Virus record (IMG/VR): IMGVR_UViG_3300032246_000393
Span: 3,329 to 67,328 of that record
DNA length: 64,000 nt
Reading direction: 5' to 3' (one strand)
From: a virus
Shown here: positions 1 to 8,573 of the stretch, piece after piece
Layout of the letters: every line of letters starts with the position of its first letter
How positions within the stretch are numbered: the first letter of the stretch is position 1
Program-made: the position numbers and the translations under genes
The notes under the pieces: generated by a model
The model's input: only the letters and a program-made list of their open reading frames with translations
Databases searched by the model: none
What the model was told of the DNA's origin: nothing

Positions 1-9
1 ATCAGTATT

Positions 10-210
10 TCAGTCGTCATCATCAGTCTCCAATCGTTGCACGAGGTCATTACATACTTGCTCTGCGAGGCTTAGCCCTCGGATTACCCCGCAGGTGTGC
101 CGGTATTCGGCGAAATCAGCAGCGCGACCTTGAGCGACAAACGCAGCTTGGTCTTCGCGTATTTCTACTAACTTACTGATGAGATGTCTCAGTACTTTAT
201 CGTCCATCAA
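10..210 (-). CDS. small conserved phage protein downstream of portal
   Basis: 66-aa ORF overlapping the portal stop; YR..CG.I.GL motif typical of post-portal small proteins. Confidence 0.7.
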   Translation of the reverse strand: MMDDKVLRHLISKLVEIREDQAAFVAQGRAADFAEYRHTCGVIRGLSLAEQVCNDLVQRLETDDDD

Positions 211-2714
211 TCTCCCTTATTAGGTGTTTGTTTCTGTTTAGCTGCTTGTACTACTTGCATTGCGTTCTGACGCCTCTGATGCTCTAACGTACTCTTATGT
301 TTAGCCATATCTACGTTCATACGAACGCCATCTGTTTGTTGTTGCCTATGTGCTTTATCTAATGCTGTAGCTGTAGTAGCTCTTACTTGCATTGCTGCAA
401 TTTCTTTCTGCGCGACTATACGAGATTGTTCTATGCGAAGCTGTTCAGCTTTAGCCATAGCATCTTGCTGTTGTTTCTGCGCTTTGAGTTGCAGTTCTTG
501 CTGTTTAATCTGCAATTCTTGCTGTTGCATTTGAACAATTGGGTCTTGTGCAGTTTGCTGCGCTTGTTGTTGTGCAGCTTCACCTTGGTTCTTAGTCAAC
601 AACTGTTGTGCTGCTTGTGCTGCTAACTGAGCCACTTGCGCTGCAATTTCTGGCTTCATTTGTTTGTTCTGCTCTTCCGTTGGCAACTGCAAACCAATGG
701 TTGCTTCTATTTGTTTGCGATACTCAAACGCAATATGCTCACTAATATGTGCTGCCATAGCTGCTTGCATTGATTGCGCTGCAGGACTTTGACTTACCAA
801 CGCCAAAATTTTTGGGTCTTGTAATGCGGCCATGTGCACAGTTATATGCGCTTGGTGTTCTTGCTCAATGAACGCTTTAACAGGTTTGCCTGTTAATATG
901 TTTTGATTCTCTTGTACTGGATCGGTCGGCACTTCATCATCCTCAACCGGCACGAGCTTAGCTGCGTTCTTCACACCTAACACTTCGATCATCTGACGGT
1001 GTAGTAGCGGCAAGTTATATAACTGCGGTGCGCTCTGAGCTAACTGCAATACAGCTTGGTACTGCACAACTTTCTGCGCCATTGTTGCTGCGTTTGGGTC
1101 GCTAACTGGGATCACATCTACATTGTCGTAGTCTGTTTTCTTAGCGCGACGGCTACCTTCTTCTGGTTCGTAGCTATAGTCGTCTGGTGTGTAGTCGGCA
1201 ATGATGACTTTTAAAAGTTTGAACTCTTGTTTCATCGAGTAGTGCAGACGCGCTTGCACCGCTGACATTACTTTCAACGTACGTTCCAGAATAGCTAAGG
1301 TCGTACCCACAGGAGCTTGATTGCTCATGTCGGAAACCTTCATATCGCCACTAGAAGCAAACGAGCGACCTTCTTGAACTATTTGATTGAAGAGGGTGTA
1401 GAGTACTTGGCTTGGTTCCTTGTATGGCAATGGCAGGATGTTGTCCCGTATTGACCCACTGGGCACGTCCACGTCACGGAACTCACCGGGCTGAATTGGT
1501 GTGTCGTCGCCTTTAACACGGAGTCCACGTGATTTGAGTCCACCGGGAAGATTACTGAGCGTTCCAGCGTCAACCAACTGACGAATGAGCATCGTGGCTG
1601 ATTTCGCATACCCCCCGATGAGATGAATAAGTCCGTACCCATAAAAGCCAAATCCCGGTATGTATTGATAGTGAACAAAGTGCTGACGCTTTAAATGCAA
1701 TCTATCGTCTTCGTACCAATTGCGACGAATAGCTAGAACTTCTCTAGTGCCCTTCTCTATAGTAACCACATACGGTAATGCTATACCTGTAAGTTGGCCT
1801 TTTTTATTTTTGTGCTCATAGCCGGGTAAGTCTAAGTCAACATTCATCTCAAGAAATCTATAGCGATTATCTTGTGTAACCGTGATGCCTTGTTCTTCAG
1901 CTTTCTGTTTCTCAATGTCGTCAAGCTCAATAACAGGCTCACCTAAATCTATAGCGCGATAGAACCCAGCTTCTTGTAACCGAATAACTTCGTTTTCTGT
2001 TTTGCGCATGACATGGGTTACACGCTCAGCAGACTCTAAATTAGATGCGCCATAGGGAACTACGATGTCCTCAGCGGGAACAAACATAGCAACCTGACGG
2101 CCTTTGCTTGGATCAAAATACACTTTCTTAAATGCAGAACCTGCTAGTGGTAACGACCACAAAAGCTTCTCATGCTCTGGACGATACTCAGGCATAGCTT
2201 CTGTCAATTGAAAATTCATGTCCTCTTGAACACGCTCAGCAGACTCTTTGCGTTCTACTGTTTCTTTACCAATGATCTTGGTCTTTACTGGCCCCATTGC
2301 AGGGAACGTCTCAGTAATTGCTTCCGATTGAAACCGCACAACACTCTCAGCTAGCATTGGGTGGAAGATGCCACATGCACCCGCCCACGGTTCAGTACGG
2401 TTCTCGTACTTCAATCCTAATAGTTTTATACCTTCAACGTATGCTTGTATCCATTCTTTACGGTCACGTGTATCTTTTTCAAAATCCTCAATGAGATCAC
2501 TTGCCAACGACTGCATGACGTTCTCATCCATGTACTCTGCTAAATTTGCATCAAAGTCTTCAGCCGTTTTTGGTTCTGGACGCATTTGAATTTCAACGCC
2601 ATCCATACCAATAGTTAGTTCTTCTGGGTTATCAATCTCCACTTCAATATCTGGAGCACCCATCATTTGCTCAAGTCCTACAGGCGCTGCGTACAGACTC
2701 TTATCAATTGCCAT
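207..2714 (-). CDS. portal protein (P22-like, long Q-rich C-terminal coiled coil)
   Basis: 835 aa, downstream of terL; GSAFKKVYFD and PGFGFYGYGL motifs; Q/A-rich barrel-like tail. Confidence 0.88.
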   Translation of the reverse strand: MAIDKSLYAAPVGLEQMMGAPDIEVEIDNPEELTIGMDGVEIQMRPEPKTAEDFDANLAEYMDENVMQSLASDLIEDFEKDTRDRKEWIQAYVEGIKLLGLKYENRTEPWAGACGIFHPMLAESVVRFQSEAITETFPAMGPVKTKIIGKETVERKESAERVQEDMNFQLTEAMPEYRPEHEKLLWSLPLAGSAFKKVYFDPSKGRQVAMFVPAEDIVVPYGASNLESAERVTHVMRKTENEVIRLQEAGFYRAIDLGEPVIELDDIEKQKAEEQGITVTQDNRYRFLEMNVDLDLPGYEHKNKKGQLTGIALPYVVTIEKGTREVLAIRRNWYEDDRLHLKRQHFVHYQYIPGFGFYGYGLIHLIGGYAKSATMLIRQLVDAGTLSNLPGGLKSRGLRVKGDDTPIQPGEFRDVDVPSGSIRDNILPLPYKEPSQVLYTLFNQIVQEGRSFASSGDMKVSDMSNQAPVGTTLAILERTLKVMSAVQARLHYSMKQEFKLLKVIIADYTPDDYSYEPEEGSRRAKKTDYDNVDVIPVSDPNAATMAQKVVQYQAVLQLAQSAPQLYNLPLLHRQMIEVLGVKNAAKLVPVEDDEVPTDPVQENQNILTGKPVKAFIEQEHQAHITVHMAALQDPKILALVSQSPAAQSMQAAMAAHISEHIAFEYRKQIEATIGLQLPTEEQNKQMKPEIAAQVAQLAAQAAQQLLTKNQGEAAQQQAQQTAQDPIVQMQQQELQIKQQELQLKAQKQQQDAMAKAEQLRIEQSRIVAQKEIAAMQVRATTATALDKAHRQQQTDGVRMNVDMAKHKSTLEHQRRQNAMQVVQAAKQKQTPNKGD

Positions 2715-2716
2715 GA

Positions 2717-3262
2717 TTATTCCTCGTAGTATTTATATGCCCAGCACACGGCGGTGTATCTAACGCCCCGCGTTACCGGTGTTACACGGTGTTCGGCTTT
2801 TGCATCGAACACAACTATGTCCCCCTGATTCTTCAAGAGGTTGTCGCTTTTGTCTTTAATCTGTAGCAGCCCACCTTCAAACTCTGATGGGTCGTTTAAA
2901 AGCATCACTAGGGATACTGCTCTAATTTTGCCGTTTTTGGGCGGAAGCACGTCGTTATGCCACATATAATGCCCATTTTGGGTATATCTGATTATTTGAG
3001 CTATGTCGAAGTCACATATAGTCCCAGCCCATTGACCCTTTACGTTGCCATCTACTAAATAATTCTTACAAATGGAACCTATAGGTGACATTAAGTCTTG
3101 CGAAATGATACTCGCTTTACGGTGTTCTTCTTTTAACTCAGCACCTTCGTCTTTATATACTGTAGCGTCCTGCGCCACATCCCAGTCAATAGAGTCCAAG
3201 ACGTAGTCGCAGAACTGCCACGGCATCGCGTTCTCGTAGTACATACAAGTAAAGTTGCTCAT
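2717..3262 (-). CDS. 2OG-Fe(II) oxygenase (prolyl-4-hydroxylase/PKHD type)
   Basis: HxD (WHND), FEGG, distal H (EHRVTPVTRGVRYTAVCW). Confidence 0.85.
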   Translation of the reverse strand: MSNFTCMYYENAMPWQFCDYVLDSIDWDVAQDATVYKDEGAELKEEHRKASIISQDLMSPIGSICKNYLVDGNVKGQWAGTICDFDIAQIIRYTQNGHYMWHNDVLPPKNGKIRAVSLVMLLNDPSEFEGGLLQIKDKSDNLLKNQGDIVVFDAKAEHRVTPVTRGVRYTAVCWAYKYYEE

Positions 3263-4794
3263 ATATTGTAATATTTCTCGTTAGCTCGACGGCCTTTGAA
3301 CCACTTAATTTCTTCTGGCTCATCGCTTGGTAAACGCAAGAAGCCACCTTGTCTAAAGCGCATTAGCGCCAGAGTTGTCGCATCCACTAAGTCATCATGC
3401 TCGCCGCTAGGAAAAGCTGCAATCTCATCTACTAATTCTTCAGCCCAACGCGTCTCAGGAACCCAGACTTTACCGGACGCAATGATGTCAGCCACGCTAT
3501 TTAAGCGAGCTATCTTATCGTTTCCTCGGCTCGGAGTGTACTCTTGTACAGGTATTCCCATGCTCCTAAGCTCATAAATAAGAGGGGCACCTGTCGCCTT
3601 TTTCTCTATAAGTACCCCGTCTGGGTCCCAGTCATGGTAGGTTTTCAGCACATCCTTCTTCAAGTCCACCCACTCCACGCGCTTCTTATATGTATCAAGC
3701 AAGATGATGTTGGGCGAGCCGTTATCCTCGTCGTTGTTCCAAATGCCCCACGTTGTACCCGCAGAATAGTCAGCCCTGTTGTTTTTCTCGAACGCCGTAT
3801 CCCACGTCTGGAGGATGTAGTCACACACGGGCGGACGGTCTTGCGTCCACCACTTCCACCAATCGCGCTTAACAATAGCGGACTCGTTACCTACTGGGTT
3901 CTGTTGGTACTGGGCTTGCCACTTACTATTAGGAAGCTCCTCGTGGAGGGCCTCTAACTCCTCTTTTGACCAAAATTCGGGCCAAAGTGGGTTTCCAGAG
4001 GGCAAAATAGCGGGGAATTCGATCACTTCCCACTCTTCTCCACCCCTAGCTGCAGCTGCTTTTAGTACCTGACCCGTCAAATCTCTTTGCGACCACCGAG
4101 TCATCACAATTACAATAGCTCCACCCGGTTGGAGACGCTGACGTGGGCCAGATGTATACCACTCGTACACTTTATCGTAGATGTCTGGGTTGGAAGCTGC
4201 CATTGCAGCCTCTTGTTCTGAGTGCGGGTCGTCAATAATCAGAATATCCGCACCTTTACCGGTCACAGCACCACCCACACCAATCGCAAAGTAGTCACCA
4301 CCCTTGCTTGTGTTCCATCGACCAGCCGCTTTTGAGTCGCTTTGTAGGCTTAAACCCGGAAAAATCTCGTTATAATCCTCACTATCGACAAGATTTCGCA
4401 CTTTTCGACCGAATCCGACCGCTAATTCTGCTGTATGTGAGGTTTGGATGACCTTTTTGTGCGGGAACTTACCTAAAAACCAAGCTGGCAGTAAATAAGA
4501 AGCGAATTCGGACTTAGTATGGCGAGGTGGCATGTTAATAATGAGCCTTTTACAAGTGCCGTTAGCTACTCGCTCAAACGCCTCAGCCATTCTCTTGTGA
4601 TGCCGACCCCCAATGAAGGTAGGCCAGACCCGTTCAACAAACTTTAGAAACTTTTCCTGAGAAATTTCTCGCTGCTTTAATTTCTCCAGCTTAACTAGCT
4701 GCGCCTCCAGTACCCGCAAGTCCGATTCGGACAGCTTGTCCAAGACACCGGGTATATCCTTTAGGGATACATTAGCTAGGAGATCAGTTTCCAT
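3259..4794 (-). CDS. terL: terminase large subunit
   Basis: Walker A variant MPPRHTKS, Walker B ILIIDDP, nuclease motifs WDTA and HDDLVDA. Confidence 0.93.
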   Translation of the reverse strand: METDLLANVSLKDIPGVLDKLSESDLRVLEAQLVKLEKLKQREISQEKFLKFVERVWPTFIGGRHHKRMAEAFERVANGTCKRLIINMPPRHTKSEFASYLLPAWFLGKFPHKKVIQTSHTAELAVGFGRKVRNLVDSEDYNEIFPGLSLQSDSKAAGRWNTSKGGDYFAIGVGGAVTGKGADILIIDDPHSEQEAAMAASNPDIYDKVYEWYTSGPRQRLQPGGAIVIVMTRWSQRDLTGQVLKAAAARGGEEWEVIEFPAILPSGNPLWPEFWSKEELEALHEELPNSKWQAQYQQNPVGNESAIVKRDWWKWWTQDRPPVCDYILQTWDTAFEKNNRADYSAGTTWGIWNNDEDNGSPNIILLDTYKKRVEWVDLKKDVLKTYHDWDPDGVLIEKKATGAPLIYELRSMGIPVQEYTPSRGNDKIARLNSVADIIASGKVWVPETRWAEELVDEIAAFPSGEHDDLVDATTLALMRFRQGGFLRLPSDEPEEIKWFKGRRANEKYYNI

Positions 4795-5377
4795 CAGTCT
4801 CCTCTGGGGTTTCTACCGTTTCAGTTATTTCAGTTATGCCTAACTGCGCATCCAGATCATCCAAGGGGGTCACGTCTACGATGTCACTATTTAATAGGCG
4901 TTTGATCCTATCTTTAATAGAATTCTCCAGCTCGTTGGATGTTTTGTGGTGCACTGTTATCTCACTGCGTTCAGTGAAAATGCCAATGTCGCTGTGCTTG
5001 CCTAGAAGTTCTAACGCTTTAATCTCAATCTTATAGTCGCCACAGTCGGCGAGTTCAATGAGCTTATTTGTTATAAAACTTCGGGCTTGCTGGGAATCCG
5101 CAATCGCTTGGTAGTCGTACTTCTTTAGGATTGCTGATGCGTACCGAGCCACTCCGGGCTGGGTTACATGTTGTGGGGTTGCTGTCTTAGCCGCACCGGT
5201 AATGAGATTGCGTGCTTGCTCTTCGTCCTTCTCACTGAAGTCTATGCTTCCGCCGAGAGACTCAATAAGGTCTGCAGTATTTGCAGCGACAGCAATGCTA
5301 TCCGACAAAGTGTTGGGCTTCTCTTCGGACAGGTCGAACGGAACAGGGTGTTCCTTCGTAGGTTCAATATTTATCAT
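4784..5377 (-). CDS. putative terminase small subunit
   Basis: Position upstream of terL; KALELLGKH..IF.ER motif typical of TerS. Confidence 0.7.
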   Translation of the reverse strand: MINIEPTKEHPVPFDLSEEKPNTLSDSIAVAANTADLIESLGGSIDFSEKDEEQARNLITGAAKTATPQHVTQPGVARYASAILKKYDYQAIADSQQARSFITNKLIELADCGDYKIEIKALELLGKHSDIGIFTERSEITVHHKTSNELENSIKDRIKRLLNSDIVDVTPLDDLDAQLGITEITETVETPEETDGN

Positions 5378-5404
5378 GGCGCACCGTGAGAACGGGGATG
5401 CCAG

Positions 5405-5432
5405 AATTTAACACAAGTATCCAGAAAAGCAA
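5405..5432 (-). promoter_or_regulatory. putative promoter of terS-terL-portal operon
   Basis: On - strand TTGCTT-N16-TAAATT, spacer ending CTTGTGT as in the 24387 promoter. Confidence 0.5.
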
Positions 5433-5690
5433 GGGGTACTAACTGCACTGGGCAAAACAAAGTATCTCCGCTCCACTTTACCTAAGCTTTCCCCCCGGTT
5501 TGATTTTACCGGATTTTGACGTTCAGTTTGTATAGACCACATTTATTTTTACTGGATTTCGACACTCAACCCTTTTGTAGGTTTCGTAGGTACCCCCCCC
5601 TTTTTTTACGGGATTTCGACGTTCCGCTTAACTCACTTTTTGTTCTAACTATTTGTTTTGTCACGTGTATGTAAATCGTACTGGAAAAAT

Positions 5691-5870
5691 ATAGGGGGTG
5701 GGGGGTTTGCAATTTGTTAAGTACCCGGGGGGTCTTGTCCGAAATGTGTATACGTTGTACTGACAAAATTTGCATAGGGGGTGGGGGTATTTTTAATTTG
5801 CGTAATCGTTTGTGCAGAATAGTGTGTAGTGGAGCGCCGGAGTCCCATGCTGAAATTTGGGTGGGTGGGT
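5691..5870 (+). other. G-tract cluster in the divergent intergenic region (possible terminus/packaging region)
   Basis: ATAGGGGG(G)TGGGGG at 5691 and 5774, GGGGGG at ~5727, GGGTGGGTGGG at ~5858. Confidence 0.4.
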
Positions 5871-5914
5871 GTCGCTAGCCTAACAATGTTAGGTTAATTT
5901 TGTTTCCGGCAAAT

Positions 5915-5943
5915 TTGAGTTAGCTATTATTTTGTGGTATAAT
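5915..5943 (+). promoter_or_regulatory. sigma70-type early promoter P1
   Basis: TTGAGT-N17-TATAAT with extended -10 TGTGG. Confidence 0.8.
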
Positions 5944-6021
5944 ATGCTCATACACATAAAAACCTATGTGTATCTGGGTTAGGCAGCACCTAACAATGTT
6001 AGATTAAAAGGACTAACAGTT

Positions 6022-6567
6022 ATGACAATCAATCAAATAGTCGGCGCGGTATCATCATTAGTTGCTGCAGCGCGTGAGCAGGCAGCGGAAGCGGCGGGGC
6101 GTTCGTACGGTGCTGAGCGTGAGTATGCAAAGGCGTTAAATGATGCGTTCGGTGATCTGAGCATTGCATGGTTCACAGTCGAGCACAATGCCAAGGGCGC
6201 GGAGGCTGACTTAGTGCATGCTGAAAAGGCGCTGTACTTTAAGGCGTTGCATGCTAAACACCCTTCCGGTAAATACCCTAACCCTTCCGTACCTTGGGCG
6301 CGTGTACGCAAGTATGCACAAGAGGAACTCAAGGCGGCTTTCGATACTAACGAAGGCGAAGGCGGCGAAGGCGAAGGCGAGGGTGATTCAGTCGGCGCGA
6401 AGCATACTAGATCGTTGTCGTTGCGTATGACTGAGGAACTCACGTTGATCTGGAAAGCCGGACGCAAGGCCGAGAAGGACGGAACTATCCAAACCCGCGA
6501 AGCTGCAGCGTTGGTGCAAGTTGGTAATGCGTTGCAAGCATTAGGTCTGGACTTAGCAAGTCTGTAA
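6022..6567 (+). CDS. first early protein, unknown function
   Basis: 181 aa, own promoter, RBS AAAGGA, followed by two terminators; acidic EGEGGEGEGEGD linker. Confidence 0.8.
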   Translation: MTINQIVGAVSSLVAAAREQAAEAAGRSYGAEREYAKALNDAFGDLSIAWFTVEHNAKGAEADLVHAEKALYFKALHAKHPSGKYPNPSVPWARVRKYAQEELKAAFDTNEGEGGEGEGEGDSVGAKHTRSLSLRMTEELTLIWKAGRKAEKDGTIQTREAAALVQVGNALQALGLDLASL

Positions 6568-6585
6568 AATAACCTAGTTTCACTT

Positions 6586-6610
6586 AACCCGCCGCAAGGC
6601 GGGTTTTTTT
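6586..6610 (+). terminator. intrinsic terminator
   Basis: AACCCGCC-GCAA-GGCGGGTT followed by T-run. Confidence 0.85.
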
Positions 6611-6613
6611 ATT

Positions 6614-6647
6614 GCCCGCGCCTAACAATGTTAGGTCGGGCTTTTTT
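6614..6647 (+). terminator. second intrinsic terminator whose stem contains the palindrome
   Basis: GCCCG..CCTAAC-AAT-GTTAGG.CGGGC-TTTTTT. Confidence 0.7.
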
Positions 6648-6662
6648 GTTGCCTGAAAAACT

Positions 6663-6772
6663 ATGACCAACCAGTTCCCTATGCGGGCGTAGCCACATGA
6701 TGCCTAACAATGTTAGATCGAGCAATGTTACAAAATACCGATGACCAACCAGTTCCCTGTGCGGGCGTAGCC
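6663..6772. repeat. 32-bp direct repeat pair (1 mismatch) separated by 46 bp
   Basis: ATGACCAACCAGTTCCCTRTGCGGGCGTAGCC at 6663-6694 and 6741-6772. Confidence 0.9.
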
Positions 6773-7113
6773 TTTGTTATGCTTTTCCACTCTGTTACGT
6801 TTCAATGTTACGAAATTAAGGGCTTTGTTACGTTTTGTTTTCGCTAAGTCATTGATTTTACAGCAATGTTATATGTTACGTTTATTTTCGCAAGTGAGCA
6901 AGGCTAGAAAAGTTTGTTCGAGGTCATCGGCGAGTGCAATTCGCACCACAATAGAAAATCTGCAACCGCTTTATAATATATTTTTCACATAACATTATAA
7001 CATTACACAACTAAACTCTCTCAAAACGTAGCACCAGCGCGGCTTTTCGAATGTTACGTTTCCTGTTACAAATTGAACTTTTTAACGCTTTTTCCGTAAC
7101 AGCTTTTGTAACA
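6726..7113. other. putative replication origin (TGTTAC iteron-like repeats plus IHF consensus)
   Basis: TGTTAC at 6726, 6793, 6806, 6826, 6874, 7052, 7064; GTAACA at 7096, 7108; TAAGTCATTGATT at 6845-6857 matches WATCAANNNNTTR on - strand; AT-rich. Confidence 0.5.
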
Positions 7114-7129
7114 CAGCCACGACTAAAGG

Positions 7130-7158
7130 TTGACTTGGCTATAACTTTGTGGTATACT
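7130..7158 (+). promoter_or_regulatory. sigma70-type early promoter P2
   Basis: TTGACT-N17-TATACT, extended -10 TGTGG. Confidence 0.8.
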
Positions 7159-7260
7159 ATAAGTATAGTGGGAAAACGTAACAAAGCAACACACCCACGA
7201 CATCGTGCCTAACAATGTTAGGTGCAACAAACGTAACAAAGCCCATTAACAGGAGGGAAC

Positions 7261-7449
7261 ATGCAACGCGGACACATTGAGGTATCTAAGTTGTTCCAAG
7301 CCAACGGATACATCGTATCTATCTACTCAAACAAAACCGAGCTGTACAACTTTGTCGGTCAAGACGTGCAAGAGCTACTGCAGAAGGCGCAAGTCTGGGC
7401 AAACAACCAAGAGCTGCGCATCGTAGCAACCATGCAACTATTCAACTAA
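7261..7449 (+). CDS. hypothetical early protein
   Basis: RBS AGGAGG, first gene after P2. Confidence 0.7.
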   Translation: MQRGHIEVSKLFQANGYIVSIYSNKTELYNFVGQDVQELLQKAQVWANNQELRIVATMQLFN

Positions 7450-7459
7450 GAGGCTAACA

Positions 7460-7678
7460 ATGTTAGGTAACAACGAAGATGCACGTTATCTGTGCGTAGT
7501 ATGTGGCGGCTTCATTGACCATCAACGCTACCGACTCGGTTACAAGCTGTGCCTACCATGCGGTGAGGATGCAGCCAAACAAGTCAAGCACACAATCGCC
7601 CCGATAAACAAAAGCAACTACATGTATATCAGCGACTTATCACAACTGAAACAACTCAACCCCAAGAGGACAACATGA
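7460..7678 (+). CDS. DksA/TraR-type C4 zinc-finger protein
   Basis: CVVCGGFI...R.....LCLPC. Confidence 0.65.
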   Translation: MLGNNEDARYLCVVCGGFIDHQRYRLGYKLCLPCGEDAAKQVKHTIAPINKSNYMYISDLSQLKQLNPKRTT

Positions 7679-7902
7679 ACGAAGCACTACTAGATGAAAC
7701 ACTACGCCGGATGCAGTCCAAGCTATTCGCAACTAAGGACTCGATACCCGAAGCTATTCAGTACGCATACGACGTGATCGACTCGGGCGGTAGTAACAAA
7801 GCAGCTATGTACACAGTTGTGCATGTGCTAATGAACACAATCGCCGAGGAAGTCCGGCACATAACAATGTTAGGTGAGGGCGATGAAACAGGAGGTGAGT
7901 GA
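7675..7902 (+). CDS. hypothetical early protein
   Basis: ATGA coupling, RBS GAGGA. Confidence 0.7.
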   Translation: MNEALLDETLRRMQSKLFATKDSIPEAIQYAYDVIDSGGSNKAAMYTVVHVLMNTIAEEVRHITMLGEGDETGGE

Positions 7903-8036
7903 TGGAAAAGTTAACACCGAAGCAACTAGCCGAGGTGCTACCAATACTAAAGAAGCTGCGGCTGATGATGCAAGCCGACCCAGACTTGACGCTGCGCATC
8001 AAACATTTACTACGAGCACTTGAGGAGGATAGGTGA
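7902..8036 (+). CDS. small hypothetical protein (44 aa, below ORF-track cutoff)
   Basis: MEKLTPKQLAEVLPILKKL..., RBS GGAGGTG, coupled to both neighbours. Confidence 0.6.
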   Translation: MEKLTPKQLAEVLPILKKLRLMMQADPDLTLRIKHLLRALEEDR

Positions 8037-8320
8037 TGGAGAACCGAGACAGGCAGGGCAACTTACTTGCCTTTGCGAACGATTACCAAGAGGGCATGCA
8101 GTTGCGTGATTACTTTGCGGCTAAGGCATTACCCGCTTTGATGCCACGATACAGAGAGATGTTTGATTTAAATGTGTTCGAGGATTGGCATGATGATGTT
8201 TTACCTGAGATGGCACATGAATCGTACGCATTGGCTGATGCAATGTTGCAAGCAAGAGATGAGAAGTATGGTGTTTGGTTAAAACGTAGGATGGAAAAAT
8301 ACAGGGAGGAAAACAAATGA
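8033..8320 (+). CDS. conserved phage hypothetical protein
   Basis: GMxLRDYFAAKA...AY..ADAML.AR motif widespread in proteobacterial phages. Confidence 0.75.
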   Translation: MMENRDRQGNLLAFANDYQEGMQLRDYFAAKALPALMPRYREMFDLNVFEDWHDDVLPEMAHESYALADAMLQARDEKYGVWLKRRMEKYREENK

Positions 8321-8496
8321 AACCACGTAATCACGTAGCCCGAGCGCAACAGTCGGGAGCAGGTAAGCACAAGGACAAGAACGATACGGCTATGGAGCTA
8401 GCACTACGCCGAGCGTTTGAGGAAGCGAAAGATATTATGCGCGAGCGTAATGCAATGACAACACCTAACAATGTTAGGAGGGGGAAGCATGGATAA
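8317..8496 (+). CDS. small basic hypothetical protein (59 aa, below cutoff)
   Basis: MKPRNHVARAQQSGAGKHKDK..., RBS GGAGG, ATGA overlap. Confidence 0.6.
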   Translation: MKPRNHVARAQQSGAGKHKDKNDTAMELALRRAFEEAKDIMRERNAMTTPNNVRRGKHG

Positions 8497-8572
8497 GGAC
8501 GAGTTGCTGCTCTGGGCAATGGTAGTTATGGCTATATTCTTGGCGTATTTAGTAGCCTTTGAGGGGGTGTGA
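8489..8572 (+). CDS. 27-aa membrane peptide
   Basis: MDKDELLLWAMVVMAIFLAYLVAFEGV, RBS AGGAGG. Confidence 0.5.
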   Translation: MDKDELLLWAMVVMAIFLAYLVAFEGV

Positions 8573-8573
8573 T

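Noticed and set aside
5566-5775. 69-aa ORF
   Set aside because: Crosses homopolymer tracts in the divergent intergenic region with no convincing RBS
6663-6772. CRISPR array
   Set aside because: Only two repeats, no canonical 3' end, the spacer contains the phage's own palindrome, and no cas operon is present (the Cas4-like gene is a standard phage exonuclease)
6774-6992. 72-aa ORF in ORF track
   Set aside because: No RBS, lies after two terminators, and is built from TGTTAC repeats; more likely non-coding
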